From: the human T2T-CHM13v2.0 reference genome, Homo sapiens
Assembly (NCBI RefSeq): GCF_009914755.1
Contig: NC_060932.1
Strand: one strand, 5' to 3'
DNA: 64,000 bases
The first letter of the stretch is position 1. Each line of letters opens with the position of its first letter. The position numbers and the translations under genes are program-made. The notes under the pieces are model-generated. The model was given only the letters and a program-made list of their open reading frames with translations, had not been told where the DNA came from and ran no database searches. This document shows, one piece after another, positions 56,601 to 64,000 of the stretch.

Positions 56601-57880
56601 GAGAAGCTGGAGAATGGGGAGATCGGGACAATGGGGAGATCGGGACAGGAAGCTGTGAGAAGAATCAGGACAGAAACTAAGGAACTGGGGCTTTGGAAAG
56701 AAACCATGGCAGTGCAGTGGTGGGGGTGTCATCTAGAGAGCTCTGGGTTGAAGTGGGGTAGAGAAAGGAAGATAACTCTGCTAAGAAATGTGTCCACAAA
56801 CCACAGGTGGTGGGGGCATAGAGGAAACCGGAGGAAAGGGAGCAGGAGCATGGTGGTGGAAGAAGTATTCCATCATACTTTCCGTTGGGCAAGATTTTCA
56901 CGAGAAGAATATATTAAGGGTCTTCAAATAGCTGGGGGAGATTGATCTTGACAAAGGACTGGCCTCTGTGAATTGTTTAGTTCCACATTAATATTTCTCA
57001 GTGCACCAAAGAAGAGATCTCTGCCTCTCATTATTATAAAATGAAGTGTGATATGGCTGTCCAGGGACTCTGTTCTGAATACACTATGTAATATATTAGC
57101 AGAAATAGAGACTATTACAAGTTTCTAGTCCTGTCAGTGTTCTAGGGGAGCTAGCATCAGAGTTAAAGCAGCATTTGGCATTCTTGAAGGGACTCTGTTG
57201 GAAAGAAACTCTGTGGAGAACCTTGCCCTGCACAGCCCACACTCTCTGGTGATTAAACTACAGGTGTTAAAAATAATGCCCTTGCAAAAGAATTAGTGAA
57301 AAAAAAGAGGAGAGGAGGGCATTTACATAACAGGACAATTCTCTGTATCTTCCAGGCTGAGCTAGACCAGAGTTGAAGTTGAAACAATGTCATGAAAACT
57401 ATCACTTTTTTCTGTCCATCTCTCAGTCTCACTTTTCTCTGTACTGACTTTATTTTCAGTCAGGATTTTTTCATAATGTAACAGTGAAGACTGAAAGTTT
57501 CAGGTATACGTGACCTCTAGTGTCTGCGTCGTCTGTGTTCTTGGCAGGAGTGAGGGGATTGAGGGGTGCTCTGGCTAAATGAGATCTTGAGCCCACCCAA
57601 GGTTCTACACCTGAACCATAGAGACTAAAATGTTGGGGGGTAGTCCCCAAAAGATGCCAGGCAATGACAAGCATTTCCAATTAGAAACTTAAGGAGGTAG
57701 ACATTTGAGGGACTTTTTTGTTGCATTTTTTAACTTACTGTCCAATACATCACCCGGAAATTGGAAAGTTGGTTATTGTTTCTGTTAGGCAACTAATTCC
57801 ATGGATAGGCTTGGGAAAATTGCTTGACACCTGGAGACCTGAGATTCTTTATGAGCAAGAACTGAGGGGATTGGACTGCA

Positions 57881-58065
57881 GCAGTGGTTCTCATACTTTA
57901 TAACTCCCAGAATCACTGGAGAACTTGTTAAAACCTTGATTCTAGAATCCTAACTTTGGAGTGTCTGATTCAGTAGTTTGGGGTGTGAGGGTAAGAATTT
58001 GCATTTTCAACAAATTCCCAGATGATGCTGTAGGTGGCTGAAGGACCACGCTTGATAAACCCCGG
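57881..58065. mobile_element. MER5A-like DNA transposon
   Basis: cagtggttctca...cagaatcactggagaacttgttaaaa...tctgattcagtag...aatttgcattttcaacaaattcccagatgatgctg. Confidence 0.75.
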
Positions 58066-58355
58066 ACTTCATAAATCTTTACAACCCTTCTCATCTTCTA
58101 ATGCTATGAATCTGTAATTTTACCTATACAGAAATAGCCTTAGAGCCTAGGTCAGGATGGGAAATAGGTTTGCTCTCACATATCAAATTTAAACAATTAG
58201 AATGCAGTATTGAGAAGAATTCTGATGCAAATGCCATGCTCAGCTGAAAAAGAGTACTGTGACTGATTCATGATTTTCCTTCAGTGTGGATGGTACCCAG
58301 GCAATCCTGCCACATATTGGCCCTCTCTGATGTGGGAATTTCTAGCTCAGGAGGC

Positions 58356-58414
58356 AGTCTAGTGTTCATGATATAAGTCTAGTGTTCATGATATAAGTCT
58401 AGTGTTCATGATAT
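58356..58414. repeat. 20-bp tandem repeat x3 (agtctagtgttcatgatata)
   Basis: Units start at 58356, 58376 and 58396. Confidence 0.95.
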
Positions 58415-58846
58415 TAGAAATAAGCAAAATAACCATAGGGAATGACAACTATCTCAAGCTCATTTTTTCTAGTCCACGGTAAATACAAGGATGCTGCTGA
58501 TGATGGTAATGATGATCATGATGATGATAGCAGTGATGGTAACCTATTAGTCTGGCACTTAAAATACTTTCACAAACATTATCTTATTTGATCCTCCCTA
58601 CACTCCTTTCATTAAGTGGAGCAGGAGAGCAACAAACCATCACTTCAAAATAAGAATATGAAAAAGATTGATTGAAACAATCAAACATCAATTTCCAATA
58701 AAATTTTAATTGCCTTTGAGGCCAACTAAAGACCTTGGACTTTTTGTTGTGTTCCACCATGGGAGAAAGTGTACTTTGTTTGAATAAATAAGTGGTAACA
58801 TATAGTCCAAATTCACCAAAGAAGAACATTTGTTGCTAAGAAACTA

Positions 58847-59175
<329 letters not shown>

Positions 59176-59211
59176 TTATAGCCCAAAGACAAAATTCCAC
59201 TGTACAGTTCC

Positions 59212-59760
59212 TTTTTTTTTTTTTTTTTTTTTTTTTAATTTCAATAGGTTTTTGGGGAACAAGTGGTGTTTGGCTACATGAATAAGTTCTTTAGTGGTGA
59301 TTTCTGAGATTTTGGTGCACCCATCACCCGAGCAGTGTACACTGTACCCAATGGGTAGTCTTTTATCACACAACCCCCTCCTAAACTTCCCTCTGAGTCC
59401 CCAAAGTTCACCATGTCATTCTCATGCCTTTGCATCCTGATAGCTTAGCTCACATTTATGAGTGAGAGCATACGATGTTTGGCTTTCCATTCCTGAGTTA
59501 GTTCACTTAGAATAATGGTCTTTAATTCCATCCAGGTTGCTGCTAATGCCATTAGTTTGTTCCTTTCTGTGGTTGAGTATTCCATGGTATACATATATCA
59601 CATTTTCTTTATCCACTTGTTGATTGAAGGACATTTGGGCTGATTCCATATTTTTGCAATTGCAAATTGTGCTGCTATAAACATGAATGTGTAAGTATCT
59701 TTTCTGTATAACGACTTCTTTTCCTGTGGGTAGATACCGAGGAGGGGGATTGCTGGATTT
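59212..59760 (-). mobile_element. L1PB 3' end
   Basis: Poly-T then aatttcaataggtttttggggaacaagtggtgtttggctacatgaataagttcttt. Confidence 0.9.
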
Positions 59761-60025
59761 TTATATTTCAAAGGACTTAATTTTTGTGTAAAAACTCTTT
59801 TGACGAGTAAGGTACATTGAGAGAACTACCCAAATCATAAGTGTGTAGCTCAGTGACTTTTCAGCAAGTAAAAGCATCTAGTAAACCAAATGCAGATCAA
59901 GAAAAAATAGTAACTGTGACCCAGAGATACTATGTACCAGTGATTGACCCCAATGGTAGTCACTATCTTGACTTTCAAAACCATAGATCAGCTTTGCTGC
60001 AGTACAGTTTATACAAAAAGAAGTG

Positions 60026-60115
60026 ACTGACCACTTATGTCATGGTGTTCCTATCTGAATCAATCATTTTTTTTTGGTTGATTCAGACAGGAACACCATG
60101 ACATAAGTGGTCAGT
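60026..60115. repeat. Near-perfect inverted repeat (41-bp arms, T8 spacer)
   Basis: actgaccacttatgtcatggtgttcctatctgaatcaatca-T8-tggttgattcagacaggaacaccatgacataagtggtcagt. Confidence 0.97.
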
Positions 60116-60354
60116 ATGACAACACCTTGATATCATATCTGTTTGTAATATTTTTATAAAAGATCTGAAACGATTAATGTCTATATTTAGAATTTATTAA
60201 ATAAATTATTCTTGAAAATTTTGAGCCTAAAAAATGCAGTAGCACATTGTCTTTGTGGAACTTAATTATACAGCAGTTGTATCTCCTAAAATATAGGATA
60301 TGCAGCATCAAATAAGTGTCATAAAATGGATGCATTAAGCCTGCGCACTTCATT

Positions 60355-60820
60355 CTTTTTTTGTTATATCTTTTTTATTATTTATTTTTTAACTTGACAC
60401 ATAGTAATTATAAATATTTATGGGGTACATAGTGATGTCTCAATCCGTACAATGTATAGAGATGAGATCAGGCTAATTAGCATATCAGTATCTCAAACAT
60501 TTGTCATTTCTTTGTGTTGGGAACATTCAATATCCTCTCTTCTAGCTATTTGAAAATATATATTATTGTTAGCTATAGTGATCTTAACAGTGCTATAGAA
60601 CACTAGAACTTATTCCCCCTATCTGGCAATAAATTTTGTACCCTTGAACAAATTTCTCCCATTCCCCTGCTTCCCCCAACCCTCCCTAGCCTCTAATATC
60701 CTCTGTTCTACTTTTTCCTTCTATGAGATCAACGTTTTTAAGATCAACATTTTAAGCTTCTGCATATGAGTGAGAACATGCGGTGTTTTATTTTCTGTGC
60801 CTGGCACTTAACATAATGTA
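60355..60820 (-). mobile_element. L1MA (about MA1-4) 3' end
   Basis: tatttatggggtacatagtgatg...tttgtgttgggaacattcaatatcctc...tatgagtgagaacatgcgg. Confidence 0.85.
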
Positions 60821-61005
60821 CACACTTTATTCTTAAGAAAACCCCTCAAACTTCCCTTAGAGACTGTTTATTCTAATTTTACACATAATTCTTGCTGATT
60901 TGGTCATGTAGTTTCCAACCTCACCACATACTAGAAGTCTCAATGAAGAATTTGGGTTGAGAGGCTAACCCACATTAGCATATAGACAATATCAAGAAAT
61001 AACAG

Positions 61006-61302
61006 GGCCAAGTGCAGTGGCTCACACCTGTAATCCCAGCCCTTTGGGAGGCCGAGGCGGGTGGGTCACAAGGTCAGGAGATGGAGACCATCCTGGCTAA
61101 CACGGTGAAACCTAGTCTCTTCTAAAAATACAAAAAAAATTAGCCAGATGTGGTGGCACATGCCTGTAGTCCCAGCTACTCGGCAGGCTGAGGCAGGAGG
61201 CTCTTGCTTGAACCTGGAAGGTGGAGGTTGCAGTGAGCCAAGACTGCACCCCTGCACTCCAGCCTGGGCGACTCCATCTCAAAAAAGGAAAAAAAAAAAG
61301 AC
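61006..61302 (+). mobile_element. AluSc/Y-like SINE
   Basis: ggtcaggagatggagaccatcctggctaacacggtg; TSD aaataacag at 60997-61005 and 61303-61311. Confidence 0.92.
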
Positions 61303-61899
61303 AAATAACAGCTGACAGCCAGGGAAGAAACACGAATAACATAAAATTTTGCAACTGAAGCTAGAAAGCACTATGACTGAGGCCATTTAGAGTCACGTAT
61401 CTTAGTAGCTCTGAGAGCACTGGCATATCATAGAATCAGATATGACATGCACAGCCATGATCTTGAGCTATCTGGAAGAGTCTCAGTCATATTCAACAAG
61501 CATTACTGAAGCCAGCACGGAAGTGCATAAAATATTAGAGAGATGTTCATCTAAAGTAGCTATAATATGGTATAAAAATGTACAGCTTAAGAGATAAACC
61601 TTTGGTCATTTGTATATCTTGGAAGCTCCAGAAATTATTAATACTAATTTTTTGAGGGTTTACGAGAGTAAAAAAGTCATTTTATAATAAAAATAGTTTC
61701 CATATGACCAAGAAAGAGCCCTTTGAAGGTTTGCCTTTTAGATTTCCCAAAATGGAAGAATAATACATGTTGTAAATGCCTGGAGGTTGAAATCCATAAT
61801 ATTGTCTAAACTCAACTTCAGCTTGAAAAGTCCTATTCTTGGGAGTTCCTTACACATGCTCACTGTAAAAAGATTTTTTCCTTTAAATACTGCTAATTC

Positions 61900-62860
61900 T
61901 GATAAATAAAAATGAGAAAGTGCAAATTATACCCAATTCTACTCAGAAATAAACATTTTAAACCTGGGCATCTGCTCTTTTCACTTTACAGTAAACAGCT
62001 TTCTAGCCCTTTTAATATTTTACTTCATTGTTTACAACGACTACATCATTGTTTAGTTATATGATCATGTATTAACCAATTCCCAACTGTTGAATGTTTA
62101 GATTGTTCCCAGTGCTTTCAGTATTGTGTGAAATGATGACATGAAGAATTCTTTAGCTAAATTTTTGGCCACAGGAGTTAACTCCTTAGGATAAACTTCT
62201 GGAGGTGAAGAGCATCTTGAAAATGCTCTGCAGAAGGGCTTTTTAATATTCACCAGCAATGTATGAGAAAGTCTGTTTCCTGAACCCAAACCAACACTGG
62301 GTACCAAACACAAGTTTTTGTTACTTGTAGCCTCTCCACAATGCCTACACTGCATAGCATCTTTTTGTTTCAGTTTGCTTTGATTACTAGTGAGGTGGGA
62401 CAATTTGCCATACGTCTATTAAATGTTTGTATTCTCTTTTCTGTGTATTGCCTGTTAATGTACTTTAGCCATTTTTGATTGGGGTTTTAAAACTCTTGTT
62501 TTATTACAAATTTGTAAGATATTTTTGTTACTCAAGGAAATTAACATTTTATCTCATCACAAATATTTTTCATAACTTAAATTTACAAGTGTTTATTTTT
62601 GCTGTTCTTTTTAAAAGCAGTTAAAAAAGCTTATATAATCAAGTCTGTTAAACTGCCTTTGCTATAGCAAGTCTTTATCCCAAATGTTATATAAAACTCA
62701 CTAGTGTTTTCTTCTAGACTTAGATTTTTTTTTTTTGTATTTTAACATTTTAGTCTATCTGGAATTTATATTTGAAGAGATGTGAGGAAGAAATCTAAGT
62801 TAACTATTTCTCTATGTATTTTGATTTGTCCTAATACTGGTTATTGGATAACACATCCTG
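61900..62860 (-). mobile_element. Ancient L1ME-like relic
   Basis: aaccaattcccaactgttgaatgtttagattgttccc...caccagcaatgtatgagaaagt...tttagtctatctggaatttata. Confidence 0.6.
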
Positions 62861-63878
62861 AAATGCATTTTAGAAGATGGATAAAATCAATGCTGAGGAC
62901 CTATTCAGAAGGACAGTGATGCCAGAGCTAGTTATTCATTGAACTCATTCTGTGAGAAATGTCAGCCAATCTTTGGTAAGTATGAGTAATGCGAATTTGC
63001 AGAGGATGGAAAGATGAGACTTACTTCAATTCAGCAACTATTTATTCAACTTACCATGTGCCAGAATTGTTAGCAGTATAGGTGGAGGAACCAGCTGGTC
63101 ATACTCCCAGGATGGGATGAAGATTAACTTGATGTTTCTTTGGGACCACCTGGAAGAAAAGGAAAAATGAGGTGGGTAAGCCAGACACAGGGGTAGTTGT
63201 TGCAGGGCTCAAAAGCTGGACTGAAGAGTTTGGAAAATACCTTTACTACTGAGAATTCTAAAGTACATAGTCATAAAAATGATTTTTTTCTGCCTTAATA
63301 ATAGACTGGATTTTAGTAATTTAAAGATGTTTAATGGATAATATTAACAATGTGAAATAACCAAGAAGATTAAGCTAATGCCAGCTCAACTGAAATGTCA
63401 TTTGTTGAGAGGAGTAATCCTTAATGCCCTAATCTGTAGACTCATTAAGGATTTGGAAGAAATTATGAATGACTTTTTTCACTAACTGAATGAGGATTTA
63501 ATTAAGATATTCCTTTAATAAAAAGAGTATAGGGCAGCATTAAAGTAGATTTCAAGACTTTGGAAGGGGAAAGTTTGTTCTAAAAGAGAATCTATAGAGA
63601 AGACCCAGTTTTATAGCTCAGAAGCTATAAAAGAAATGACATCTTGATAGAGCTAAAACATGAAATATCCTGCAATTCTTTTCTCAGGTCAGAGCATGTT
63701 ATCATTAAGTACTTTGGTACAAAGTTCAATTTCTTGATTGTTCTTGTGGTTTTGTTCTATAATGCTTGCATTTCTTTAAGTTTATATAATAACTCCATTA
63801 GCCCAAGTATAATACATACATAGGGAAAATAATCAACTTTGAGCGTAAATCTAATATTCAGTATTTGAGAGCTGTCCT

Positions 63879-64000
63879 AGCCTGGGCAAGATGGCGAGAC
63901 TCCATCTTTACACAAAAAATTTTAAAAATTAGTTGGGCATGGTGGTGCAGGTCTATAGTCCCAGCTACTCAGGAGACTGAAGCAGGAGGATCTCTTGAGA
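63879..64000 (+). mobile_element. 5'-truncated AluJ-like element running off the window end
   Basis: agcctgggcaagatggcgagactccatc...tagtcccagctactcaggagactgaagcaggaggatctcttga. Confidence 0.85.

Noticed and set aside
63670-63693. Another pyrimidine tract + CAG|GTCAGA site
   Set aside because: Weaker donor, no clear branch point; expected by chance

Overview
Primate (most likely human) genomic DNA, about 40% GC by eye and rich in repeats. The only supportable host coding sequence is one 175-nt internal exon (48337-48511, + strand) encoding part of a CRAL-TRIO/Sec14 domain, which I recognise from memory as clavesin-1 (CLVS1). The rest is inferred to be the two long flanking introns. They contain Alu, L1, L2 and MIR elements, solo LTRs (LTR8, MER67, MSTA, MER31, MLT1, LTR16), DNA transposon relics (MER2, MER5, MER20) and microsatellites. 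I see no evidence of a new multi-gene system. The best second-look signals are: a 41-bp near-perfect hairpin (60026-60115); an L1PA3 with a textbook 3' transduction (27001-27136); a branch point/polypyrimidine/AG|GT recursive-splice-like site next to a UG repeat (10678/10679); an in-frame 51-nt cryptic exon candidate (22747-22797); and a nested, fold-back L1 knot with a nearby duplicate (19123-21960). Repeat subfamily names come from recalled consensus sequences and need RepeatMasker/Dfam confirmation; boundaries of old elements are approximate.
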